Assembly: GCA_036677065.1 (NCBI GenBank)
Contig: JAKFBS010000001.1
Coordinates: 608,001-672,000, forward strand
From: Bdellovibrio sp.
GTDB taxonomy: Bacteria > Bdellovibrionota > Bdellovibrionia > Bdellovibrionales > Bdellovibrionaceae
Reading direction: 5' to 3'
Length of the DNA: 64,000 bases
In this document: piece by piece, positions 18,579 through 28,140 of the stretch
Layout: each line of letters opens with the position of its first letter
Position numbering within the stretch: position 1 is the first letter of the stretch
Translations under genes and position numbers: made by a program
Notes under the pieces: generated by a model
Database searches by the model: none
The model's input: only the letters and a program-made list of their open reading frames with translations
Told to the model about the DNA's origin: nothing

Positions 18579-19781
18579 ATGAAAAAAACATCAAATACAC
18601 TGCGTTCTAAGGTTAATTTTGTCGTCCTAACGATGACACTTTTTTCAACTGCTCAAAGCTGGGCGTTTTTTGATCCCTATCAGGTGTATCGCCCGCAAAG
18701 ATTCGATTTGGCCGTAGATGCCCAATTTTATAAAACCACAGCCAATTTCGATTCAGGTGGTGAAAAAATCGACTTACCTTTTGAAAATAGCTTTCAAATT
18801 ATCGATGTGAATCCCCAATTACGCTGGGGAATGTTTCGTGACCTTGGGGTTCGTTTAGGCGCTAATATTGGCTCTTCTGAATCGGTTGATCCAATCAATA
18901 CACGTAATAATTCTACAGTAAATCGTGTGGATGTCGGGGCGGATTACCAATTATTAAATTATGAATCTTTTCAAACGATCGTCGATTTTGAATATTCTCA
19001 CCCTATGGAAAAAATCGATGTCGCCACTGATTCTTCGTTAAACAGTAACGGGGCTTCTGAAATTAAACCAACGCTGATCATGAGAATGGATTTAGGAAGT
19101 TTTTACCCGTACGCCTATTTGGGCGGAAACATTCGCAATGAAGGCTTATCAACACTATTAACTTATGGTGTTGGCGGAGAATTTCGTTTTTCAGAATTAG
19201 GGTTAGGCGCCGTTGTTGAAGGTTTTAGTTCGGTTAAGGATGATGAATTCACCAATTCGGCTTCACGCCGCGATCTGATCACGACACGCGTGAATGGTGG
19301 CAGTAAAAAGTTTTATTCAATCAATCCAAATGCATTAGCCGCAGAAGTTTTTTTAAATTTTGCCATGACAGAATGGATTAAGTTTAAAGCTTACGGCGGA
19401 GCTGATGTAACGGGATCAAATACCTCACAAGGATTTTTTGTCGGCGGTGCGCTGACATTGACTCTTGATTATGGCAATGGCAGCGATGATCTTGAAGAGC
19501 AACGCGTGATTCGTCGGTCACAGCGTCCGGCAAAGAAAGTAAAAAAACCAGTCGATAACGGTTTCAAAGAAAGCACTGATGATGGAGTAGACCAAAATTA
19601 TTTTAAATCAGTAGATCCAAGTAATGATGATTACGTGCAACCGATTGAAGAAGAGCAGCAACAACCAGCACCCCAAAATGGAACCAGCTCTAGTGTTAAC
19701 CCAAGTACACAAGGTGATTTGGATCAGCTCGGTTATCAAATCAAATTAAAGAAACTTAAAAAGAAAAAGAAAAATCAGTAA
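18579..19781 (+). CDS. Putative outer-membrane beta-barrel protein with acidic linker and poly-Lys tail
   Basis: Signal peptide, alternating beta-strand pattern, C-terminus KLKKLKKKKKNQ. Confidence 0.6.
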   Translation: MKKTSNTLRSKVNFVVLTMTLFSTAQSWAFFDPYQVYRPQRFDLAVDAQFYKTTANFDSGGEKIDLPFENSFQIIDVNPQLRWGMFRDLGVRLGANIGSSESVDPINTRNNSTVNRVDVGADYQLLNYESFQTIVDFEYSHPMEKIDVATDSSLNSNGASEIKPTLIMRMDLGSFYPYAYLGGNIRNEGLSTLLTYGVGGEFRFSELGLGAVVEGFSSVKDDEFTNSASRRDLITTRVNGGSKKFYSINPNALAAEVFLNFAMTEWIKFKAYGGADVTGSNTSQGFFVGGALTLTLDYGNGSDDLEEQRVIRRSQRPAKKVKKPVDNGFKESTDDGVDQNYFKSVDPSNDDYVQPIEEEQQQPAPQNGTSSSVNPSTQGDLDQLGYQIKLKKLKKKKKNQ

Positions 19782-19898
19782 GGCGCTTCGTGGCTATTTG
19801 CCACAGTAGCCTTTCTTATTACAATCATAACAAAATAAATAATGACAAGTTTTGTAAGCCTTGATAGCTTGTCTCTATTCTATTGAAAGGAGAATCAC

Positions 19899-19982
19899 AT
19901 GATTACAAATATTAATACGCACGCCTTAGAGCAAACATTAGCCGTCGAAATGTCCGATTCTCCTATGGCACATCAATTCTAG
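19899..19982 (+). CDS. 27-aa small ORF / possible leader peptide
   Basis: SD GAAAGGAG then MITNINTHALEQTLAVEMSDSPMAHQF*. Confidence 0.4.
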   Translation: MITNINTHALEQTLAVEMSDSPMAHQF

Positions 19983-20165
19983 CAATCTAGTTAGAATCAA
20001 AAAGAGAATCCAAACAAAATTAAAGAATGAATCGCGACTGGCCGTCCGCGATAATTAACATTATCGTCAAAGCTCGTTGTGGGTTTTTTCATTCTAAAAT
20101 TTCAAAAAACAGATCAATTATTTTTATTTAACCGCACTCGGAAACGAGCGCAAAAAGGATATTTT

Positions 20166-20417
20166 ATGAAAAACGCTAAAAATTATTTAGCATTATACGA
20201 AAATTGGGAAAATTCAAACGCGGAGGAGCTTTGGCGCCTTTGGAAAAGCGTTCTGAAGTGTATTAGCCTGATCGCTTACTCATTTCACGCCATCGTGAAA
20301 CTAGCGATCGGGTTTTTATTAAATTCTAATTATTTAGTTAAGCACAACGAATTCGGAAAACTACCAGAAGAAATTTCTGGTAGTTTTTCTAACAATCAGA
20401 ACTGGTATCGTAATTAA
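20166..20417 (+). CDS. Small hypothetical protein (83 aa)
   Basis: SD AAAGGA before ATG at 20166; one hydrophobic stretch. Confidence 0.45.
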   Translation: MKNAKNYLALYENWENSNAEELWRLWKSVLKCISLIAYSFHAIVKLAIGFLLNSNYLVKHNEFGKLPEEISGSFSNNQNWYRN

Positions 20418-20438
20418 TGCCAGTTCTTTATCTACACT

Positions 20439-21041
20439 TTACAAGTCTTGAGTTTTTAGGCCATTGTTTGGATTTACACCCTTAGAATGAATATCAGTTA
20501 CGCCATTGGTATGAATATCAAAAAGAGTTTTAATCAGATCTGAATATTCTTCAGTCGTTTCTGCATAACGAGTTGTTGGATTGCCTGGTGACCATGAATT
20601 AATAGTTCCAACAGGTTCTTTGTTTTGTTTTAAGTCAGCCATTGAGTTATATAAATGTAAAATTGGAGTGTCGCAATAATTTGGAGATTTTTCAAAACGT
20701 TGAAAAATCTTACAGTAGCCAAGTTTGGCGTAAAAAATTCTTCCTGGTTTAAGAATGCCCGCTGTTTTAGGTGGAGCTTTCATTTGAAAGTAGCCAGCAA
20801 ATTTAGAGCCCTTATATTGAACTTCCTCTTTTGCATAAACGAGCGCAAGATTCTGAATAGGAGCTTCGTTATCAAATCCAGTAATAGCCGAATTGACTCT
20901 AAGTTGAAGAACGCGATCGTAATTCGCTACACTTCTTTCAACATTTGTTTTTACAGGTTGTGCTGCTGATTGAGTGACCATTGGTTGATGTGCGCATGAA
21001 AATGCAAACACAGCGAATAAAGCAGATAATAAAAGTTTCAT
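20439..21041 (-). CDS. Hypothetical lipoprotein
   Basis: MKLLLSALFAVFAFS-C lipobox; SD GGAG. Confidence 0.7.
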   Translation of the reverse strand: MKLLLSALFAVFAFSCAHQPMVTQSAAQPVKTNVERSVANYDRVLQLRVNSAITGFDNEAPIQNLALVYAKEEVQYKGSKFAGYFQMKAPPKTAGILKPGRIFYAKLGYCKIFQRFEKSPNYCDTPILHLYNSMADLKQNKEPVGTINSWSPGNPTTRYAETTEEYSDLIKTLFDIHTNGVTDIHSKGVNPNNGLKTQDL

Positions 21042-21232
21042 AAATTTTTCTCCGTTATACATCTTAGCGTTTAGCGCGAAAGACACATAGTCCAGATTAG
21101 GCAATGCCTAGAACAATGTCAGAGTTATAGATGAGCCCCCGAGGGGGCTTTCCTAAGATTGTGTTGTCGTACATGTTGTAAATCGTCTTGGGAGGGGCGA
21201 TTTGGTTTTAGATTTTTTATTTTTTGTAAGAA

Positions 21233-21718
21233 CTATTCAAGATCTATGTTTTGCATGCGCATTTTCGGCATGTAGGTTTCAGCTTGTTCTAATAATGACA
21301 AGTGGGCCTGAGCCATGGCTTTAAGATTGGCTTCGAATTGCATTCTTGATTTTTTAAGATCAGAAATTTCAGTATAAATTTTACGTAAAGAGTCTTTTGC
21401 ATCGCGCGTGATTGTTTCTGCCTTTTGTTGGGCGTCAGCAATAACTAATTTGCATTCGTGTTCTGCTTCTTGTTTCATTTGATCTGATAACTTAGTTGCT
21501 TGTGTGATAGCGCTGCGTAAGACATTATCGCGATCACGAAATTCGTGAAGCTGTAATTCTTTTTCTTTAAGTTCTGCAGTTAGTGTTTGAATTTGTTGTG
21601 CAAGATTTTCAGTTTGCGCAGCAATAATCGTTAAAAAATTCACAACTTGTTCAGGATCAAAGCCCATCATCTTGCGATCAAAGGTCTTATTGATAATCTC
21701 AGTTGGGTAAAATTTCAT
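21233..21718 (-). CDS. divIVA: DivIVA-domain coiled-coil protein
   Basis: PTEIINKTFDRKMMGFDPEQVVNFL N-terminal motif plus coiled coil; downstream of yggS/proC. Confidence 0.9.
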   Translation of the reverse strand: MKFYPTEIINKTFDRKMMGFDPEQVVNFLTIIAAQTENLAQQIQTLTAELKEKELQLHEFRDRDNVLRSAITQATKLSDQMKQEAEHECKLVIADAQQKAETITRDAKDSLRKIYTEISDLKKSRMQFEANLKAMAQAHLSLLEQAETYMPKMRMQNIDLE

Positions 21719-21870
21719 TTAATTCCTCCATGAATCAAATTACGAACCCGTTGGTCTCTATTTAAGTATAGGCAATCCTTGCCCTAAAAAAAAGTCGAGT
21801 CCAAGGATGTGGTCATATCCTGTACCTTAGGAGGAGGACCTAAAGTCGTGCTGAATTGTGTCGTTTAAAC

Positions 21871-22716
21871 TTAGCTTAGACCTAAGTCTGTCTGGCGAGA
21901 GATTTCGCGTGAGCGAAGGGCTGCTTTTTCAAAGCTGATGCGTAAAGCGCGTTCGATCTCTAATTCGCGCATCGAATTTAAACCAGCGGCTGTAACCCCT
22001 TTTTTAGAAGTCACACGTTGTTGTAATTCTTCGATATCAACACCTGAAGATTGAGCAGCTAATAAAGATGCGCCGACAAAAGTTTCAATCGTCATCACTT
22101 TAGCCTGTTCAGGGGTAAAGCCATGTTCAATGATCCAATCTTGCCAGTACATCATCATTTCAAAAACAAAGCCTGTACCGCTTGAACAAGAAATCATTAA
22201 AGCATCAAATTGGTCTTCAGTGTCTAATTCTAATATTACGCCTAAGCCGGAAAACAGATCTTTCGTGATTTCAATAACCGCGACATCTTTTTTATGCGCC
22301 AGTAATCCTAAAACACCGCGACCAATTAATGATGGTGTGTTTGGCATAAGGCGAACTAGGCGGCCTTGCGGAATTAATTTTTCCAACGAGTGCATTGGGA
22401 TGCCCGCAGCTAATGAGATGATGATTTGATTTTCATCAAAAGCTGAAACTAAATTTGCCATCGCTGCAGGTAAGTCTTGCGGTTTCATTGCTAAAATTAC
22501 GATGTCGCACTCTTCAACGATTTGTTCGTTATGTTCGCGAATTTCGATTTGATATAATTCTTTAAGCTTAAGGGGTTTACCCGGAGTGCGGTTCGAGACA
22601 AAAATTTGATCCGGTCTCATGAGTTTTGACTCAATGATTCCTTTAATTAGGGCCTGAGCCATGTGTCCTGCGCCGATGAAACCAATTTTGTAAGACCGAA
22701 GTAAAGGATGAGTCAT
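21871..22716 (-). CDS. proC: Pyrroline-5-carboxylate reductase
   Basis: IGFIGAGHMA, LAMKPQ, RLMPNTP, VTSKKGVT. Start moved to 22716. Confidence 0.95.
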   Translation of the reverse strand: MTHPLLRSYKIGFIGAGHMAQALIKGIIESKLMRPDQIFVSNRTPGKPLKLKELYQIEIREHNEQIVEECDIVILAMKPQDLPAAMANLVSAFDENQIIISLAAGIPMHSLEKLIPQGRLVRLMPNTPSLIGRGVLGLLAHKKDVAVIEITKDLFSGLGVILELDTEDQFDALMISCSSGTGFVFEMMMYWQDWIIEHGFTPEQAKVMTIETFVGASLLAAQSSGVDIEELQQRVTSKKGVTAAGLNSMRELEIERALRISFEKAALRSREISRQTDLGLS

Positions 22717-22726
22717 ACTCGTTAGG

Positions 22727-23947
22727 CTACTGTATTTTTTGTCTTTCGCCAAATAAAACCGTGCCGATTCTGATCCATGTCGCACCTTCTTTGAGGGCGA
22801 CTTGATAATCATGGCTTGTTCCCATTGAAAGTTCTTTAATTTGTAAGCGGTCAGCCAAGTTTTTTAATTTTTTAAAATGAATTTGATTGTCTGCAGCGTC
22901 GTTTTGCAACGGCGGCATGGTCATTAATCCTACGATCTTAACATTTGAAAGCCGAGTCAGATTTTCCCATGCGGCAATAACGCTGGCTTCGTCAAAACCC
23001 GCCTTAGTAGCCTCGTTCGCAAGGTTGACCTGAATAAAAATCTTTTGCACATGGTTGATTTCTGAAGCCTTTTTTGAAACTAATTCGGCTAGTTCCAAAG
23101 AATCGATGGCATGTAAATAGGCAAAATTATTTTTTAAATATTTTACTTTGTTTTTTTGGATCGGGCCGATCAAATGCCACTCTAAATTTAAATCTTTTAA
23201 GGCTTCGATTTTTTCTAAAGCTTCTTGAATATAGTTTTCACCGAAAGCGCGCTGACCTTGGCTGGCTAAATCGCGAATTTTTTCGATCGGCTGAAGTTTG
23301 CTGACCGCCAGTAAATTCTGACCAGCAGAAAGCTGAGCTTTGATTTGCGCCAAAGGTGATTTTTCAAAAGTCCAATTTTTACCAGCAAATAATTTTTCTA
23401 AAGCTGTCAAAGGCAAGCCCACAACGTTGTTGTAGTCTCCCACAAACTTTTCCACAAATTTTCCGCCTAAACCTTGGATGGCGTAAGAGCCCGCTTTATC
23501 CATCGGTTCGCCGGTTTTGATGTAATCCCAGATGTCTTGATCAGCTAAATTTTTAAAATAAACCTGCGATGTCTCAATATGAGAAATAATATGACCATTA
23601 CTTTGGTCCAGAAGAATGATTGCGGTTTTTACTTCATGCATTTTGCCTGAAAGTTTTTTCAAAGTATTAAACGCATCCTGTTCGTTTTCAGGTTTTCCGA
23701 TCGCTAAATTTCCTAAACAAACCATCGTGTCTGAAGCCAAAATAATACCGCCTGGATTTTTGTCAGGACATTGGTCCAGACAGGCCAGAGCTTTTCTTTT
23801 TGCGATGTCGATTATTTGCTCGTCTAAGCTTAGGTTTTCATTCGGGATTTCCGATATAAAGACTGGGAATGAGACAAAATAATATCCGGCTTTTTTTAGA
23901 ATTTCAGCGCGGCGTGGAGATTGCGAAGCAAGGACAATTTTTTTCAT
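22727..23947 (-). CDS. Maf nucleotide pyrophosphatase fused to YggS/PLPBP PLP-homeostasis protein
   Basis: N-half: LASQSPRR, SDT, GKP, DKAGSYAIQG, NVVGLP. C-half: AVSK, FGENYIQE, WHLIGPIQKNK, LSMGTSHDY, RIGTVLFG. Confidence 0.92.
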   Translation of the reverse strand: MKKIVLASQSPRRAEILKKAGYYFVSFPVFISEIPNENLSLDEQIIDIAKRKALACLDQCPDKNPGGIILASDTMVCLGNLAIGKPENEQDAFNTLKKLSGKMHEVKTAIILLDQSNGHIISHIETSQVYFKNLADQDIWDYIKTGEPMDKAGSYAIQGLGGKFVEKFVGDYNNVVGLPLTALEKLFAGKNWTFEKSPLAQIKAQLSAGQNLLAVSKLQPIEKIRDLASQGQRAFGENYIQEALEKIEALKDLNLEWHLIGPIQKNKVKYLKNNFAYLHAIDSLELAELVSKKASEINHVQKIFIQVNLANEATKAGFDEASVIAAWENLTRLSNVKIVGLMTMPPLQNDAADNQIHFKKLKNLADRLQIKELSMGTSHDYQVALKEGATWIRIGTVLFGERQKIQ

Positions 23948-23977
23948 TCAAATTAAATTTAAACCAAAAGAGGATCT

Positions 23978-24883
23978 ATGGGTAGTGCTGAACTCATGTT
24001 ATTTACCGGGCTCATCTTAGCGGGTGTGTCGGTTTATCTTTTCATGACTTCCATTTTGGCGGGTAAACCCGGCGAAGCTCAATTGCAATGGGCGAGCGGC
24101 ACTGAACCAGTTAAATCTAAAAATGGAATCATCAATCTTTGTCGCCCGATGGTGCATCAGTTCACTCTGCAGCATGCGGCTAAATTTAAATCAGAACAAT
24201 ATCGTAAAAAAATTCGTCATCTGATTAAAACGGGCGGCATGTCGTCAGAGATGAACGAAGATGAATTTATCGGTTACCAATTGTTTTTAGGAATCGCGTT
24301 TCCAGTGTTTATTAACATCATGAATTTTTCTTTGGATCTTGGTTTTTCGCCATTGATTCTTTGTATGCTTGGAGTGGTTGGCTGGTTTATGCCACAAATG
24401 CATTGTAAGGCGCAAAAAAGTGCCAGAGCCCTAAGTGTTCAGGCAGATATGCCATTTTTTATCGATCTACTTGCCTTATCAGTTGAAGCCGGTCTTGATT
24501 TTTTCGGAGCGATCCAAAAAATCGTGGATAAAGTTGCTGATCCAAATTCAGTTCTGGCTGATGAATTAAAAACCGTTTTGAAAGATATCAAAGTCGGTTC
24601 GTCAAAAACAGATGCATTAAAAGAAATGGCAGCCCGTTTAGACATGCCCGAGATCACAAGTTTCGTGGCGGTGTTAATCGATGCGGAAGCAACAGGTGCA
24701 AGTATCGCGCAAGTGTTAAAAGATCAATCGGTGCAAATGCGTTTAGAACGGTTTGTGCGTGCAGAAAAAGCCGGGGCGCGAGCTTCGCAATTAATTTTAT
24801 TACCATTAATGGGATTTATTTTACCAGCGGTATTTATCATGGTGTTTGGCCCAGTGGTATTAGGATTTGTTTACGGAAAATAG
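23978..24883 (+). CDS. tadC: Tad pilus TadC-like / T2SS F-family membrane protein
   Basis: DLLALSVEAGL, GASIAQVL, RAEKAG...LLPL..FILPA. Confidence 0.85.
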   Translation: MGSAELMLFTGLILAGVSVYLFMTSILAGKPGEAQLQWASGTEPVKSKNGIINLCRPMVHQFTLQHAAKFKSEQYRKKIRHLIKTGGMSSEMNEDEFIGYQLFLGIAFPVFINIMNFSLDLGFSPLILCMLGVVGWFMPQMHCKAQKSARALSVQADMPFFIDLLALSVEAGLDFFGAIQKIVDKVADPNSVLADELKTVLKDIKVGSSKTDALKEMAARLDMPEITSFVAVLIDAEATGASIAQVLKDQSVQMRLERFVRAEKAGARASQLILLPLMGFILPAVFIMVFGPVVLGFVYGK

Positions 24884-24895
24884 GAAATAGGGATT

Positions 24896-25252
24896 ATGGC
24901 GAAACTTTATAAAATACAACACGGTGATAAAGCCGAGCTTCTGATTGAAAATCTAGAGCTGGCCGAATCATTTTTTGCCCGTGGTAAAGGTTTGCTTGGC
25001 AGAAAATCTTTAGCGATTAATAACGCGCTTTGGATCAAACCCTGCAACAACATTCATACCTGCTTTATGAATTTTTCTATTGATTGTATTTTCGTAAATA
25101 AAAAAATGGAAATTGAAAAAATCGTTTCAGGTGTAAAGCCCTATAAGATTGTTGGTCCATATTGGAAATCGGCTTCAGTTTTTGAAACTGCAGCAGGATG
25201 CGCGCAAAAATGGAACCTTCAGGTAGGAGATCAGTTATATGTGGTCAGTTAG
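24896..25252 (+). CDS. DUF192-family protein
   Basis: AESFFARGKGLLG, IHTCFMNFSID, VFETAAG. Confidence 0.85.
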   Translation: MAKLYKIQHGDKAELLIENLELAESFFARGKGLLGRKSLAINNALWIKPCNNIHTCFMNFSIDCIFVNKKMEIEKIVSGVKPYKIVGPYWKSASVFETAAGCAQKWNLQVGDQLYVVS

Positions 25253-26906
25253 AGTATTGTCCGGTCCACAAACCGGACAGATCTTTGATTTAAAAATGGG
25301 TAAAAACCTGCTAGGTCGGGGAATGAACTGTGATTTTAAAATCACCTCGGGTGGTATTTCTAAAGACCACTGCGAAATTCACGTTTATAAAGATAAAGTG
25401 ATCGTGGTTGATTTAAAATCAAGTAACGGAACCTTCGTAAATGGTGTAAAAATTCAAAATTCGATTATTAAACTGGGTGATAAAGTCAGCGTGTTCGATG
25501 TGATTATGGATGTGATTCCGTCTCCGGATATTCGTCCAAAACCAACAGCAGCACCTCGTCCGGTCGCATTGCGTCCGCGACCAGCACCGCAACCACAACG
25601 CCAAATGCCTCCACAAATGTACAACCAGCAACCTCCGGCATATCCAATGCAAGGCGGAGCTGCGATGCAAGCGCAAATGTATCAACAACCACTGAATGGA
25701 GTTCCGCCACAACAAAATAATTTTGGTGCGGCTATAGAAATGCCAAAAACTTTTGGCGAGCGCATTGATGAGTACATGGAAAATGTAGTGATGCCGGTAT
25801 TTTATAAAATGTCGGTGGTGTTTCCATTTAAACAAGTTTTATTAGGAATGATGATTCTATTTGTCGTGTTCGTGACGATAGCTTCGATGTTTCCGTTAAC
25901 GACAATTTTACGCGAATCTAATTTTAATGAAGCCGCAAAACGAGCAAAAAGTGTGGCGCGTGCGATGGCACGTATTAATGAACAGGCTTTATTATCCGGA
26001 CAAATTAATAACCTAAATGTGAGCGAAGCATTAAAAGAAGATGGCATTAAAGAAGCTATCATTATTATGCAATCAGATGGTTCGGTGGTTGCTCCGACTG
26101 AAAAAGTCGGTCGTGATATGTCGAAATCTTTTGTGATTCAAGCACGTAAAGAACCGCGTGCTCATGCTGCCCCTGTTGATGACAATACCATTGGTGCAAG
26201 TCATCCGATTGCAGCTTATGATCCATTATCAGGTGAAACTACTGTTAAATATGTAGCGATTGTCTTTTATGATATCAGCTCATTAAATGTGGACGATGGC
26301 CGTGTGATCAGTTTATTTATGCAAACGCTAGTGATCTCGGCGTTATTTGGCATTGGATTATATTTATTGTTCTCGCGTTTAATCGAATTTCCAATTCGTC
26401 AGTTGAACAAACAAATTGATACGGCCTTACGTGAAAAGTCAGATCGCACAGAAGTGGCTTTTGATTACCCTGAATTACAAAAAGCTGTGGCCAACGTAAA
26501 CCTGCTTTTAAATCGTATGTGGAATGGTTTGAGTGATTCTGAAACTATTAAACCAAGTCAAAATCGCGATGTCGAATTTTCACAAATGGTGAATATGTTA
26601 ACTCAGCCTGCAGCAGTCATTTCTGCAAATGGGTCAATTACTTCGTGTAATCATCAATTTGCAACTTTGGTGCAAACTGTACCTGAAGCTTTAATAGCGC
26701 AAAGTTATATGACAATTACCGATCAAGCGATGGTACAGAATTTAGAAAGTTTAATGAGCCGAGCGCGCGAATTAGTTTATGAAACGCATCGAGATAAAAT
26801 TCCGTTTTCTCAGTTTGAGTGTGAAATATTCTTGCAGGCGTTTTTAGACAGTGCCGGCGCACCAGAATACTTTTTTGTAAGTTTAACCAAGGTGAATGAG
26901 GAGTAA
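25239..26906 (+). CDS. FHA-domain membrane protein
   Basis: LGR...SKDH...DLKSSNGTFVNG, Pro/Gln linker, two TMs, PAS-like C-terminus. Confidence 0.85.
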   Translation: MWSVRVLSGPQTGQIFDLKMGKNLLGRGMNCDFKITSGGISKDHCEIHVYKDKVIVVDLKSSNGTFVNGVKIQNSIIKLGDKVSVFDVIMDVIPSPDIRPKPTAAPRPVALRPRPAPQPQRQMPPQMYNQQPPAYPMQGGAAMQAQMYQQPLNGVPPQQNNFGAAIEMPKTFGERIDEYMENVVMPVFYKMSVVFPFKQVLLGMMILFVVFVTIASMFPLTTILRESNFNEAAKRAKSVARAMARINEQALLSGQINNLNVSEALKEDGIKEAIIIMQSDGSVVAPTEKVGRDMSKSFVIQARKEPRAHAAPVDDNTIGASHPIAAYDPLSGETTVKYVAIVFYDISSLNVDDGRVISLFMQTLVISALFGIGLYLLFSRLIEFPIRQLNKQIDTALREKSDRTEVAFDYPELQKAVANVNLLLNRMWNGLSDSETIKPSQNRDVEFSQMVNMLTQPAAVISANGSITSCNHQFATLVQTVPEALIAQSYMTITDQAMVQNLESLMSRARELVYETHRDKIPFSQFECEIFLQAFLDSAGAPEYFFVSLTKVNEE

Positions 26907-26914
26907 AGCACTAG

Positions 26915-28138
26915 ATGTCGACGGCTGAAAAGCTTAACCCCGCAGTTCAAATTAAATTGAAAGTGCTGAAAGGACCGCATGAAGGGCAGTCTTTTCACCT
27001 TGCAAAGAGCTCGTTTACTTTAGGACGTGGTCCTGAGAACGAGGTCGTTTTAATTAATGATCCGCAGATCAGTCGTCAGCATGCGCGTTTACAAGTGGTT
27101 GGCCAAGATATCGAAATTATCAATTTAAGTAAAAAAAATAAAGTGATGGTGGGATCAGAAGAAATCCAAAAATGGAAACTGATCAACGATTCTACTTTTG
27201 TTATCGGTGATACAGAACTTCAAATTGCTTTTGAAATTGAAAAAATCACCCCCGTAGCGCCGCTACCGCAATTAGTGCCTATGAGCAATTTGCCAGCGTT
27301 GCCAACACCGCCAGTAGACGGTGGAGCGCCAGCTCCGATTCCTGCGCCGCAAGCAAAAGCACCAAAAATAAAACAACAACCGGCTCAGCGAAAGCCAATG
27401 TCTGCGCCCGCAATGCGCCAACAAGCGCCGGCGCAAAGACAACAGCAAATGCAAGCACGTGGTGCGATGGCTCCGGGACGACCGATGCAACCACAAATGC
27501 AAAGACCAATGCAGCCGCAACAACAAAATGCGCAGGCAAATTTAGGTTATGCAAAACCACAGCAAGCAAGTGCGGGATTTTTTGCAAATCCAAAAGTTCG
27601 ATTTTATTTAATCGTAGGCATAGCGGTCTTTAGTCTAGTTTATTGGCTGAATATGGAAGAGCCCAAAAAAGCTCAATCTACAGAGATTAAGTCGACTTTA
27701 AAATATGAAGATGAATATCTTCTTAAACAAAATTCGGTCACTGAAAAAGAGCTAGACCTGAAACGTAAAAACCAATTGGAGCAAAAGAACTCGCCGACCA
27801 ATTTACGTATCCAAGAGAACTTTCAAAAAGGAATGCGTGATTTTCAGTTAGGCAATTACACTCGCTCCCTAGACTTTTTTCAGGTTGTTCTGAACTTAGA
27901 TTCAAGCCATGTCATGGCCCGTAGGCATTTATATTTAGCAAAAATCCGCTTCGATGAAATCGTAAAAGCGAAATTAGCACTTGGAGAAAGTTATTATCAG
28001 AAGCATAATTTTAAAATGTGCCTGGCTAATTACCAGCAAGTTTTGACTATGCTTCAGGGTAAAAACAACGACCAAAGTTACCAAACAGCCCAAAGCATGT
28101 CAGAAAAGTGTCAACTGGCAGCTGAGGGAATTCGTTAA
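26915..28138 (+). CDS. FHA-domain, TM, TPR-like protein
   Basis: LGRG...ISRQHA, Pro/Gln linker, TM, helical TPR-like C-terminus. Confidence 0.82.
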   Translation: MSTAEKLNPAVQIKLKVLKGPHEGQSFHLAKSSFTLGRGPENEVVLINDPQISRQHARLQVVGQDIEIINLSKKNKVMVGSEEIQKWKLINDSTFVIGDTELQIAFEIEKITPVAPLPQLVPMSNLPALPTPPVDGGAPAPIPAPQAKAPKIKQQPAQRKPMSAPAMRQQAPAQRQQQMQARGAMAPGRPMQPQMQRPMQPQQQNAQANLGYAKPQQASAGFFANPKVRFYLIVGIAVFSLVYWLNMEEPKKAQSTEIKSTLKYEDEYLLKQNSVTEKELDLKRKNQLEQKNSPTNLRIQENFQKGMRDFQLGNYTRSLDFFQVVLNLDSSHVMARRHLYLAKIRFDEIVKAKLALGESYYQKHNFKMCLANYQQVLTMLQGKNNDQSYQTAQSMSEKCQLAAEGIR

Positions 28139-28140
28139 AT

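Noticed and set aside
21720..21870. Structured RNA (e.g. 6S) between proC and divIVA
   Set aside because: Only two short imperfect hairpins; too weak to call
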